A stretch of DNA of 63,717 nt, filler included, from Globobulimina sp. (Eukaryota): assembly GCA_003354225.1 (NCBI GenBank). It is 14 parts of 14 records of this genome, joined end to end, with 100 filler letters (N's around TTAATTAATTAA, not from the genome) between each part and the next. Parts side by side here need not be neighbours in the genome. Positions count along the whole stretch, not along the records: positions 45,606 to 50,059 come from PIVH01001227.1; positions 50,160 to 54,613 come from PIVH01001228.1; positions 54,714 to 59,165 come from PIVH01001229.1; 11 more parts are not named here. One strand, 5' to 3'. A model generated the notes under the pieces. That model was not told the DNA's origin and made no database searches. It saw nothing but the letters and a program-made list of their open reading frames with translations. Made by a program: the position numbers and the translations under genes. Shown here piece after piece: positions 45,607-57,917 of this stretch (within the stretch, counting starts at the first letter, position 1; every line of letters begins with the position of its first letter).

Positions 45607-47166
45607 TTATGCAGTTTAAAACAAAAAGAACTTGCGGACTTGATCGGAACAACCCAATCTGTAATTAGCCGGCTTGAAAATTCAGACTATTCATTAAAAT
45701 GTTATTCCGGCACCAAATGTGAAACCGGTGTATTATATTGGGACATTGGATGGGATGCAATTGAATGTATATCCGCCATTGGTCCCGGCCAAAGTATTAA
45801 GTCCACCAATATCCGCGTTGGTGATTATGACTGGTACGCCGAACTATTCCCCAAAGGCGAGTTACAAAAAAATAACAACAATATCAGTATTTTAAATGAC
45901 GACGGCGTGCCATCCCATACCTCCGCACCATCCATCACCGCAGCACCGGCCCTATTTCTGTCCATTTACAAAACCACCAAACGCGTTCAAATGAGGTTCA
46001 CCGTTCAATTGTTTTCGCCTACAACGAAGCGGTGGTCGTCGCCCGTTATAAGCTCACTGCGTGTGTTTGAGCGCAATAATCATGGCTGGGGATGGAAGGA
46101 ATGGATGGATTACAATGACCTGAAGCGTGATTACGAATATAATCACAAATTGAAATTAAAAATCTCCATTGATGTGTATGGCCCGGTGGTGACGCAAATT
46201 ATTAACGACAAGATCTCATTCAATTTGCAGTCCGAATTAAGCAAGAAAATGGCGCAGTTATTTAACAATGGCTGCACGCATTGCGATGCTATCATTGTGG
46301 TGTCGGGTTATACGATGTATCCAAATAAATGCAAGTTATTGTTCCAGCACACTCCGAAAAATAAGAAGAAAAACACTTTGGATGATAGTTCGAGGAAACG
46401 TAAGTTGGACAATACGGAGGATGCTGATATTAATTTGCCGCCGCATAAACGAAGGAAATTGAATTGCATCGATATTGAAAATAATAATGTGTCATCGACG
46501 AGCATTACAAATCGCAATAATAATAATAGCGGGGAGGAGATTGAGAAGTTGTCAGTGCTCGGTATTGATGAGGAGAAAAGAGACAAAAATGGCACAAAAT
46601 TCGTGTGTTTGGAGATCCCGGTTCACCGCTGTATTTTGGCGAATTTTTCGGCATATTTTGCGAGTATGTTTTCGCATAAATTCCGCGAGAATGTGGATGG
46701 CAAAATTTATATTGGAAAGCAGTTGGAAGAGGAGAGTGAGGGGAAAGCGGTGGGAGTGGGATATGAGTATAATGACTTTGATAATGTGGACCCGTATGTT
46801 ATGAGAGTGTTATTGGAATATATTTATTGCGAGTCTATTGATGTGAGCGTGGATAGATATTTGTTGTTGTTGTTGGCGGACAGATATCAAATTGAGCGGT
46901 TAGTTATGTTATGTTTACAAGATTTAACCAATGAGATGAATATCAATAATGTCACTACGATATTGTCGATCGCGAACAAATTTAATGAGAAGTATTCGTG
47001 TGCAAATAAAGTTAAATTGATTTGTTTGGATTTTATTTGTAAGAATATATCATTTGTAATGGAAACAGCTTCGTATAAGAATTGTATTAAAAATGATAAA
47101 AATATAACTCAAGAAATATTAACTGCTTTTGCAAATAATCATAAAAAATCTATTCATTCAACTTGA
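45607..47166 (+). CDS. MATH + BTB/POZ (SPOP-like) protein, 5' truncated
   Basis: WYAELFPKG, GWGWKEW, HRCILANFSAYFASMF, LLEYIY, LLLADRYQIERL. Confidence 0.85.
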   Translation, partial: LCSLKQKELADLIGTTQSVISRLENSDYSLKCYSGTKCETGVLYWDIGWDAIECISAIGPGQSIKSTNIRVGDYDWYAELFPKGELQKNNNNISILNDDGVPSHTSAPSITAAPALFLSIYKTTKRVQMRFTVQLFSPTTKRWSSPVISSLRVFERNNHGWGWKEWMDYNDLKRDYEYNHKLKLKISIDVYGPVVTQIINDKISFNLQSELSKKMAQLFNNGCTHCDAIIVVSGYTMYPNKCKLLFQHTPKNKKKNTLDDSSRKRKLDNTEDADINLPPHKRRKLNCIDIENNNVSSTSITNRNNNNSGEEIEKLSVLGIDEEKRDKNGTKFVCLEIPVHRCILANFSAYFASMFSHKFRENVDGKIYIGKQLEEESEGKAVGVGYEYNDFDNVDPYVMRVLLEYIYCESIDVSVDRYLLLLLADRYQIERLVMLCLQDLTNEMNINNVTTILSIANKFNEKYSCANKVKLICLDFICKNISFVMETASYKNCIKNDKNITQEILTAFANNHKKSIHST

Positions 47167-47183
47167 TCATGATCATGCTCTTA

Positions 47184-47358
47184 GGGGTTGTTCTTATGTG
47201 CAATATAAATTTGGACCTGGACCTACAACAATATGGATCACAGACAGCAGATAAACACAACGTTAACAAAAAAAGTCTCTAGTTATTGCATTTTATTGCA
47301 ATTAAGGATACCTAGGTCCTAGGTCCAAATTTATATTGCGCAATATAAGAACAACCCA
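47184..47358. mobile_element. MITE-like element (~175 bp), PIF/Harbinger-like termini
   Basis: GGGTTGTTCTTAT..GCAATATAAATTTGGACCT / AGGTCCAAATTTATATTGC..ATAAGAACAACCC inverted arms (~40 bp, small indels); flanked by TTA and TAA. Confidence 0.6.
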
Positions 47359-47518
47359 TAACTCAATAAGCTTAGTTAAAATGGAAACAAATATTACACT
47401 CGCAAATCGTATATATAATCACAAAATCTACGTTTACAAAAAAGTGTGTACTGTTTTTATGCAAACCCGTTTTGAAGTGATCTAGTCAGCAAATAATACA
47501 ACGTTTCCCTCAAAGCGA

Positions 47519-48538
47519 ATGCAAACCCAAAAAACGAACAAAACAAAATGGTGTGTATTCTGCCACATAATATCCAAATCATCAGACCACACTCCAAATC
47601 GTAACAAAACAAAAAAGTCTAATCTCCAAGATAGATCACCAATCTACAAAGCCATCCGTCCATTTTTAATCGGCGGAGTATCCGCTTCCTCTGCGACATG
47701 TTGCATCCAACCCATAGATATGGTCAAAGTGCGTATTCAATTGCAAGGCGAAGGCACCGGCACCAATGTGACCACCAATCCAATCAAAATAGCCACCCGT
47801 ATAATCGCCGAAGACGGTGCCCGTGGACTTTATAAAGGTTTATCCGCCGCCATATTAAGACAATGTACGTATGGTTTAACGCGTTTAGGTGTATTCCGTA
47901 CCATCACTGATTATATCACGCCGGAAGGCGGTACGGCCGCTGATATCACATTCACACAAAGATTAGGCGCCTCCTTAACGGCGGGTGGTATCGGCGCATT
48001 TATTGGGACTCCGGCGGATGCTGCCCTTGTACGGATGCAATCTGATACAACTTTGCCATTGGAACAACGCAGAGGTTATACCAATGCATTCAATGCATTA
48101 TTTCGCATGGCCAAAGAGGAGGGATTGAAAGGCTTTTTTAGTGGCGCTACGCCTACGATATTTCGCGGATTATTAATAAATGTGGGCATGTTAACTACTT
48201 ATGATCCATTTAAGAAATATTTAGGTGATTATATGGGCGGATATGACTCGCAAAGTACACGTTTTGTATGCGGTGCGTTATCGGGTTGGTGTGCTGCGAC
48301 TGTGTCATTGCCAGCGGATTTTATTAAAACTAGGTTACAGAAAATGAAACCAAATGTGGACGGAACTGTGCCGTATAAGGGATTATTTGATTGTATTGCA
48401 AAGACTGCGAAAAATGAAGGACTTTTAGCATTCTATCAAGGATATCCAACTTTTGTTATCAGGATTACACCGCATATTATGTTAACTTGGGTGTTTATGG
48501 ATAATTATAAAGTTTTTTTAAATAGTTTTAATGTGTAA
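47519..48538 (+). CDS. Mitochondrial 2-oxoglutarate/malate (dicarboxylate-tricarboxylate) carrier
   Basis: Three carrier motifs PIDMVKVRIQ, PADAALVRMQ, PADFIKTRLQ; RQCTYG..RLG; RITPH. Confidence 0.9.
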   Translation: MQTQKTNKTKWCVFCHIISKSSDHTPNRNKTKKSNLQDRSPIYKAIRPFLIGGVSASSATCCIQPIDMVKVRIQLQGEGTGTNVTTNPIKIATRIIAEDGARGLYKGLSAAILRQCTYGLTRLGVFRTITDYITPEGGTAADITFTQRLGASLTAGGIGAFIGTPADAALVRMQSDTTLPLEQRRGYTNAFNALFRMAKEEGLKGFFSGATPTIFRGLLINVGMLTTYDPFKKYLGDYMGGYDSQSTRFVCGALSGWCAATVSLPADFIKTRLQKMKPNVDGTVPYKGLFDCIAKTAKNEGLLAFYQGYPTFVIRITPHIMLTWVFMDNYKVFLNSFNV

Positions 48539-48760
48539 TTGATAATTTTTGACTGCTTTTGTTAGTATTTATCATATTTTGTCTTTTTAGCCTGCTTTTG
48601 GTTTTGAATGCATATGTTGTTTTATCCTCGCACATTTGACACGATTGGTGAACAAAATCTTTTTATTCTCATATTTAAAAACTTTGAGTTGATCGAATTG
48701 AAAGCTGTTATAACGTTAACTAAAAATAATAATTTACACAATGGTTCAAAACAAACGTAC

Positions 48761-50059
48761 TCATTCAAACTCATATTTCAATTGTAATATTTTTTTATCA
48801 TTTGGATATTTTTGTGCATACACATATCCACAAATGATCGTATCATGAAAATACAATTCCAATATAATTTTATTTCTTTCTTTATCTTGTTTTGGCCAAA
48901 TAATACATGCGGTTGCCATTAGTTTCATATCTTTGTTGTTGTCATTTATGAAAAAAGTGTTGGAATTATCATTGTACTGATTGCATTGATATATTTTTAC
49001 TCGAGTGTGCTTTTGGATTTTATTGGATGTATTCCTGGCGCCAACAATGATTATTGGTTTACCATCAATAGCTATGATTTCATTTTTATGCACAATTGGT
49101 TTGAATATCTTGCTGTAACATTCCCGTCTATGATTGTAATGTTTCTGTTTCTCAGCATTTGATAAATTTAATACCATTTTCTTATTCATCCACGATTTGC
49201 TGAAAGTAATTGTAACATTAAATTAGTAAAATGGAGCTATGCACATTGTTATTTATCTGACATTCATAGCTCCCTTTCACTAAAAAGAGCACAATTGTAA
49301 GCTACCTCAAATATTTTGAATTTACAGAAGTTCCATAACATTTTGATAACATTCGAGCAACCACAAATTTATCAAAGTGTCCAAATAATGCGGCTCCCTC
49401 AACCACTGATATTATGGGCCTTTGTGGCCGGATTATTTGATATTTTGCGCCGAACATTAAATTCATTTTATATTCAAAATACGGCGACGCACATAACCCA
49501 CCAACCAGACAAATATATTTACACTGCACCATTTCCTCCTTATTTAATATATAAGTCACGTGAGACACAATTGGTTCGATCACTGCCGCAAACAATACAT
49601 TTATCCATATATTATATGATATTTGTAGATATTCACCGTTTAAACAAATATCATCCGAACAGTATCTACATTGACCCATAATATCCTGCAGATAAACATC
49701 ATTTATTTCGCATTCTTCCTCTAAAAAAGATATAAACTCATAAGTTAAATCAACATTATGTTGCTCTTTATTTCTGTCACTATAAAATGAATGTTTTGAA
49801 GCTCTGAAATTGTTTAATAATTCATAGTAAGAATGGCAATGTTCAATTGCAAATTTATGCATCCATTCTACGCTGAAAATGTTCTCTAATAATTTTACAA
49901 ATTCATCGTCAATATAACAACTTCCCCAGGCACCACCCGATGGCGCCAAAAGCATTTTTATTCTCATTGGGGCGATTAATTCGTGCCAGGATGTATCCAC
50001 TGTACCACCACCCGCATCGATTAATAAATATTTACCTCCCACCGAAAATAATGCCTCTG
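48761..50059 (-). CDS. Atypical Hsp70 (HSPA12-like), 5' truncated, with intron
   Basis: LIDAGGGTVD, SGGAWGSCYID, LVGGLCASPY, VVEGAALFG, ARMLSKCYG. Confidence 0.8.
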
Positions 50060-50282
50060 NNNNNNNNNNNNNNNNNNNNNNNNNNNNNNNNNNNNNNNNN
50101 NNNTTAATTAATTAANNNNNNNNNNNNNNNNNNNNNNNNNNNNNNNNNNNNNNNNNNNNCTAACAAACAAATAACAAAATAAACCTAATATTTTATTATC
50201 AAAAACAACACACGAAAATTCTAAATTTAAAAGATACAAAACAACAAAAAAATGTATAATATATATATACGAAAGATATAAA

Positions 50283-53200
50283 TTAATAATGATTATTTTC
50301 CTTTGCCCAAGCTTCAATTTCTTGATCAATGCGATCATTATTTGATTGTGAATCCAATGTATGCGTAATATCAATATCCGAGTTTCTTCTCCGTTCTTTA
50401 TGAAATGTATTCGATTGAACAGCAAAATTTAATACATCTTCAATCACAATTGGATTAATATTATGTGTATTTAAAATGCGTATAAATCGATCAATTTGCA
50501 TCGAATTAATTTTATAATTGTTCCCATGCTCTGTTTGTAAAATTTCAATTTCCTGTTTAATCAATTTATAACCTCTCTGGAATTCATCCCTTCGATCATG
50601 CCAAAATTCATAATGCGATGAACTCATAACCTCTGCATCATTGTCATTTGGTGTTGCAGTCAATGTCAATGTGCTCACTTTATTTTTAATGGCTTCTCCA
50701 CTCAAATTAATATGCATTAACTCTGCACCTTCTGCGGCTTCCATACTCCTCGACTTTAACAGTTCCAATGATGCTGGATATTCTGTATGATATTCAATAT
50801 CAAATTGATCACAATCTAATTCATTATAATGCGCAAATATTTTCCCACAAATCTCTTTTTTATTCATTTTATATAAATTATAACAATATAATTCATAATC
50901 ATCCTCGATATTAAATTCATTAGTTTTCATCAAATTATCTGGCAAATCTTCTTCATGCAAATTTTGAACAATACGAATTAAAAAATCATCATTCCGCAAG
51001 GTAACAAATCCTAACTCAAATGTAGTAATATCAACATTTTCATACAAATTAACAATTTCCTGTGTTAAATTTTCTTTCATTCCTTTATGTCGTTGAATAT
51101 GACGTCTTTCTTCATGGCTCAGTTCAGAGTTATCATAATGTTTCACCTCTAAATAATAGTCAACATTATGTACTTTGCCCTTTTTATCGCGATTTATAAA
51201 ATAGATGATCAACGCACCGCAAATTGATGCAAAACTGGTGCAAAAAGCTAAAATTGTATTTGGTGATAATATGCCAATAGCAGATGAATATATTACTTGT
51301 ATTATTAATTGAGGAATGTTCTCCGTTAACACCGTAGTCAGTACTCTGATATTCTGCAATTCATTTAATTCAAACGAAGATAAACCAGTTTCAAACAAAG
51401 ACATTCCAAATATCCCAGACGATAACAAATCTAATGCGGGAATACAACCGCCTGAGAATATCACTAAAGTTATAAATATGGTCATATTGGATCCCAGCCA
51501 TATGCGGCAGCGAATGTTAGGTCGGGTCAAACGCGGTATTTGTGCGGCATAGTAAACATTTGCACTGTATGGTATTAATAAAAATATTAAGCCAGCAACG
51601 GCAGTTGAAAGTATTACGAGATTGCCTTTTCCAGTTTCATTGTTGGAATAATATAGAAACATTTCAGAGGTTAAGTTGATGTCACTCACAATGTCATAGA
51701 TCTGAATGCCATAAAAAATAATTGCAAACCAGTTCGCACAATCAACGGGTGTCAGAATATATTGATATGTGCTATATTTGTTATACAACCAGGCCAATAG
51801 GCCAACCATTACACAAATCGCTAAAAATGCAGTCATGATCGAAAATGTCGTCTTGAAGGATTTGGATATTGTTTCTTCGGAGCTTGCCGCAGTTAATGAG
51901 CTGGAATTTGCTACACTGAAATTTAATATTGTGCTGTTAAAATAGCTTCGAAATGTTTTTGTCACATTTCTGTGCTACTGGATATTTCTCGAAGTGGTTA
52001 GTAAATAAAATTCATACACATTTTGAAAATATAATTCAGAGCGTATATATAATGCGTTTGGATTATAATTGTATACGTTCTCCACTGTTAACGCAGAATC
52101 ATCACTAATATTGATACGATTTAGTTTTTCAATTTTGATCCGAAAATATTCTAATTTTGGTAGATATTTAACATGCAAATAATGCGATTCAATGACATTT
52201 GAAATGTATACTAAGGCATTATTATTTTCATAATTCACCACAAATTCATACTCATTGTGAGTTAAATTGGTCAGCACATAAATAATCGACACCGAACTAT
52301 CATAATTATGCTCCGTTCTATTCACAACCATAAATGCATCATTTTCAACCGGTGCTGCAGTTGGTGTTGAAGTGGGCGCATATGAATCAACGCAGGCTAT
52401 TAACACATGGAATATTACATTATCTACATTGGAATGACTCCATTCTGCAGTTAAATCTTGAATGGGTGGGAAATGTGTATTTGCTGAATACGACAATGAA
52501 TCGTACCCTGAACCATGAATAATCCATCTGCCATTATAAAATTTTACATTTTGTCCGTCCGGATCCTGATATATTTCCCATAACGGCCGCCCAAAATGCG
52601 TCCTAGATTCAATATATGTATACAGCCCATTAAATTCAGCCTCATCAAATTGTCCATTTGCGTCATCTACACTCACCATCAACGACAAACAACTTGGGGT
52701 GGGAGCTAATGTGGGATGCAATGTTGGCATAAATGATGGGTTTTTGGTGGGTGATATGGTCGGTAGCGAAGGTTGCGCAGTGGGAGTGAGAGTGGAAATG
52801 GTTGGCGACACTGATGGGTTTTGAGAGGGTGATTGTGTGTCTCTGGTAGGCCGCAACGTGGGCGCTAATGTAATCAGATCCATATATTCAATCAAATCCG
52901 TTGGCTCAAAGGTTGCGTTTGTTCCACCAAATGTATATAATACATCATCCAATATAACAACAGCGGTATCCTTAATAGAATACAGCATTTTAGTGGTTGG
53001 TGCTGTTGCTGTTGGATCGCCATTGATGTTCATTAGAGACATTATATTTAAAATCGAGCCGCCGACACCATTCTGACCACCGATTACAAGAATGAATTCG
53101 TTATATGTCACAGTTCGAGAGTACAAAACAGGCGATACCAACATACTGAAATTCTGCCATTGTTCGTTTGCGATGCCATCAATGCTAATTCGCTCAGTGC

Positions 53201-54460
53201 TAGTTTCTACCACATTGCCTGGATAAATAATAAATGTCCCATAAAAAACGAAAAGAAAATGAAATAACATAAATATACCTCCCAAAGCATATAACATCCG
53301 ATCAAATGGATGCACCACACACGACAAATAATACCGTGCATGATTTAGCTCATTATTTATTGTCAACCATGTGTTCTCCGATAAACTATATACTTGCACT
53401 GTTTTTATACCACTGCGAAGACCGCCGCCTACAATGTAGAGATGCTGCTCGAAAGCAGCAATACACGCCGAATCCCACACATTTGTGGCCAGTGGAAGCC
53501 ACGGTGAAGTTAAGAGTGGTTGGCTTAAATCAAAAGTAGATAATGTTGCGCCATCTGCATTAATCATATAAATAATTTCATCCAATTGAGAGTAAGTTTG
53601 GCTGTAACTTATTATGCTCGTTGTCACAATTCCAGCGCTAAGAACCTTCACTTCCGACGGGATTCCGCCATGGAATCCGGTTGGGTTTTGACTGCCGCCT
53701 TATATTCGTATTATAATTATGTGGAAATGAACAAAAACAAATCCTTGCACAGTGCAGCTGTGTGCATACCTATTAAATATACGACACCGTTCCATAAACC
53801 AGCAGCCATATGAGATTCAGCGGTTGGCAGAACATAACCAAGTGCAGAATAATCAATCCACGGTCCGAACCCTAATAAGCGTCTTCTATGCAAACAGTCG
53901 CTATTATTGACTCCGTAGTGACTGTGGGAGCTAATTATAAACGGTTTGTTGCTGAATAATAAAGCATTTTCATGTTGGATGTATAGATTATACTCATTAT
54001 ACTCATTGTTTGTGATGTTGAAATTCATAAATTCGTTCATTTGACAGGTGATGGAATATGCTGAGGATGTATTGGTTAAACTAATATGTGTTTTTGTGAT
54101 GGTGAGAAGCAATTTGTTGCTGGATTGATAATTAATATTATGTGATTTTATAGGTTGACAAGTCGGTGATAATATTTTGTAATTATTAGATAGTATTGAA
54201 TAAGAAATATATAGTTTTTCGCTGGTGTATAATTTTAAGGCAAATTGTGATGATAAAGTATGTGGTATTTGAACATTGCTTGATTTCCATACTGAATGAA
54301 ATGATAAATGAGTCTCAAATGAATAGTTTGTTTCTGTTGAGATGTTAGTTTGACTGTACGAAACAAACGAGTTTTGTGAACATGGATTGCCACTCACAAC
54401 GAATGATAATGAATTAAACAAAACCAACAATGTTAACAGTACTGTTTGAGTGGACATCAT
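50283..54460 (-). CDS. Large receptor-like protein: signal peptide, kelch repeats, PT-rich stalk, multi-TM region; multi-exon
   Basis: ORFs 53717-54469, 51975-53651 and 50283-51965; LYIVGG/LYALGG/LYTFGG kelch motifs; PTxxP repeats; ENIPQLIIQ in the TM region. Confidence 0.7.
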
Positions 54461-54887
54461 GTTCCACAAGAATATTATTAATTATTGTTGAAAACTGTTA
54501 AGTGGAACATGTTTAAAGGGTTTGGCAAATCCTCCAAAAGAAAGAAAAGCAAAAAAACAGGCAGAAAAGCTGATGACGACAAAGATTTCTATCGACCACA
54601 ACCAGTGTCCTTANNNNNNNNNNNNNNNNNNNNNNNNNNNNNNNNNNNNNNNNNNNNTTAATTAATTAANNNNNNNNNNNNNNNNNNNNNNNNNNNNNNN
54701 NNNNNNNNNNNNNGTGTAATCATCAGGGTATTGAATATGTTTATTGTGATAATTAAATATTAGTTTATTTAGTTTCTCAATTGATTCAGAAAACCTCAGC
54801 TAAACGCAATCACCTAGTCTCACAAGAAAGAAGCTAGAAACGCTACGCTTACTCCTTAAATCGCCCTCAATCAACGTCAAAGCCCAA

Positions 54888-57836
54888 ATGGCCGACGATG
54901 AAAAAGTCTATGTCACTGGAACGCACGTTCCTGAAAATCAATATCATCACCCCCCTGACCCGCAATTCAAACACGTGATAATACCAAATAAAATTTCATC
55001 CGCGGCAGGAAGGGGTTTATTATCAAGTGATAGCGTTGCTGCTATAGCAGCCCTATTAAAATCGAATACAATCCATCCATATGGAAACACAAAGGGAATG
55101 AATGTCGATTTCCAGGGCATCAACGACGCATATTTCAAAGCCGTGGCTTACGAAGAGGCGAATCCAGAGCATCACAAAGTGAATCACAATGACATCACAG
55201 CATTATTATCAAACGTAATTTGGTTTTATCCCGAATTGACAACACGCCGACTCCGCCTATGGAATGCACGAAAAGAAACTTATGATATTCCATCAATGAT
55301 CGCTAACTGGGATTTCCCGAATCCCCCACAAGAGCAAGTAGTCAGACCACGGGGTGAGGAGTCCGGCAGTGACGGTGATGACTCAGTTGATGAGAGAGAA
55401 CTGGTGGAGCCATCCGTCCCTCGATCTGGAGATTCGGATTATTTCGCGATCCATGAGGAACGAGTTGAGATTAAAAGAGATGACACAAAATCCGATGAGT
55501 CTGACAAAGACCCAAATTTAGCAAGGATCCGTAAAATTAAATATTCACAATTTGTATTAGCTGACAAGTCCGATAATTATGAATCACAATTTATGAATTT
55601 ATTGAAATCAGTCATAAATTATAGGTCTGATTTGATCAAAAACATTGCGAATCACCGTAAGAAATCATTGATTTATAATGATGTCAAAGGCGAATTAAAT
55701 GCATATAATCATAGAATGATGCAATATTTAGTCAGTTTCAGAGTGTATCATCATTTGGTACCAGCATCGCATAAATTTGGTCGGCTTTTATGCCTCAAAG
55801 GCCGAGAATTACAAACAAGTGTTATTCATATTTATGTCAAACAATTCGAATTCTTACAAAAGAAAGGATTTATAAACAAGAATGGTGAAAGAATCAAATC
55901 ATATGAATCGCTCAATATTATCCCCAAAGAAACGTATAAATTCAAACAAGGGAAAGTGCAATTTATCCCAAAACAGAAAGTCAGAGAACGCGCATACACT
56001 GACTGGGATGAATTGGAATTATTCCAACCACACAAAAAGAGGAAAGTGGATCATTCTGTTTTGGATTTAGAGGATGATGATGAATATAAATATCCCATTT
56101 CAACGCCTCCGCCACATTCAGACAAACATGTACATACTCCGCCACCTTCCAAATATCTCCGTGCTATTATGCAGAAACAGGACGATTTAGCCTTAAGTTT
56201 AGGCATTTTATCATCAAAGAACTCGTCGATTAGATCACCACAACAACAGTCAGTGGACGATATGCTAAATTCCGACAAACGCGGAGTTACACGATGGAGT
56301 CACGAGCATTATGTAAATAAAACAGTGCTCGGTTTCGAATTAATTGCGGAGGAAACACGTACACATCAACAACATTCCCTCCATCAAGACTTATATCAGA
56401 AAATGGCGAATAAGAAGCGGGGAAAACAGATTGTCGATGAAATTCAAGGTAAGTTGGTCTGTCTCCTTCTGTCATGTGAGTCGTTTGAACAATACGCTTG
56501 TTCAAAATCTATTGTATGACTTTGGATGTCCTTTGTTTCTGAAACATGCACAGAAACGTTTCTTTGGAGAGAAACGTTTGTGTAAAAAAACTGTTTTTTC
56601 TCTCCTTTTTATCCACATTTATTGATATCAATGACCGAATTTGTAGCTACGACGAATGGTAATTACCTAACATAGTCGACATAGCTTACAAAGGTCAATA
56701 TGTACACAACAAATCTCACGATGCTATCCATTGCACCACAAGCACAAATTGAGATTATTTTGTTTTGTCTATAGTTCAATGAATAGAACAACTATAAATA
56801 AAAACCTTTGCATAAAATTTATATAGATTCTGATTCCGAAGGTAGTGACTCATCAAATCCTCGCAAGAAACGGAAGAAACGAACACGTTCAAAATTGGAC
56901 AAACGTTTCGATTCCGAATTGGAATTATTACTCTTTATTTGGAGGGTAAATCCAAATACAATCTCTGAAATTATGCTAAATCTCATCCGATACGCAGAGA
57001 ATACGCAAAATTTGATACGAGCGAGAATTACAACAACAATTAATAATATATTCAAATGTAAAGATAACATTTTTAAATTCATTACCGAAGTACACCGATT
57101 GATTACAATTTGGTCATTACATATATCCCATTCGAGGAAGACAATCGTAGCAAATCTAAACCATTTATACTCAAAGAAAAAGATTAAATGTAATGCTTTG
57201 AGAGAATTTGAATGCTATTCCCGAATGTTATCCGTAGCAACAAATGATTGGCGAGAATTTGAGAGAATTATCAAAATTTTAGTCGATGATCCACAGATTG
57301 ATGCACAATTATTTTATAATTTCGTAAATAAAGTATTTAACAGATCATTCAAACAAAGATCATCGATTGTTATGGATGTACAAAATACACATTTACGGCA
57401 ACAATTAAATTTAGAGAAAGTGAGTGGAGATAAATCGGATGAATTATGGATGCAACACATGTTTCGTGATTATGAGCATATCAAATTATTAAAGGATCAG
57501 AGACATTTATCTGACACTAAACCGTCAGTGATGGAGGAATTCGGAGCAATCCCTAAAAGCAAATTATCTGTAAAACGCACGGGATTGACTCCACAGGAAA
57601 GAAAAACAAGGACCAACAGATTACATCGTTGGATGGAGACTACACGCTCCAGATTGAAAAGTAAAAAACACAAAGGCGAATTGGATAAAATGTGTGCAGC
57701 TCATCATATGGATGAGGAAAATTGCTCAGTCAGAAGTGGTTTATCCTGCAATGCTGGGAATCAACAGAGACTACACATTTGTATTTGCGGTTCAACAACG
57801 CATAATAATTGTATAAAATTTGTGATACAATTTTAA
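54888..57836 (+). CDS. Gag-like protein (ORF1 + ORF2, probably joined by intron 56449-56826)
   Basis: Donor CAAG|GTAAGT (56449) and acceptor ATATAG (56826) join in frame (EIQDSDSE). The C-terminus is CAAHH..C..C..HICIC..H. Confidence 0.55.
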
Positions 57837-57917
57837 ATTTCATTCCCTTGATTTATATTGATATACTTTTTTCTTTCAAATTCTCAAACTTTTTCACTAT
57901 AAACTAACCCGCTATGT

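Noticed and set aside
54714-54735. Minus-strand CTGATGA as a possible hammerhead ribozyme core at the retroelement edge
   Set aside because: The contig ends before stem II and GAAA could be seen. Other CTGANGA matches (about 9720, 12705, 54570, 62341) lack proper stems or GAAA.
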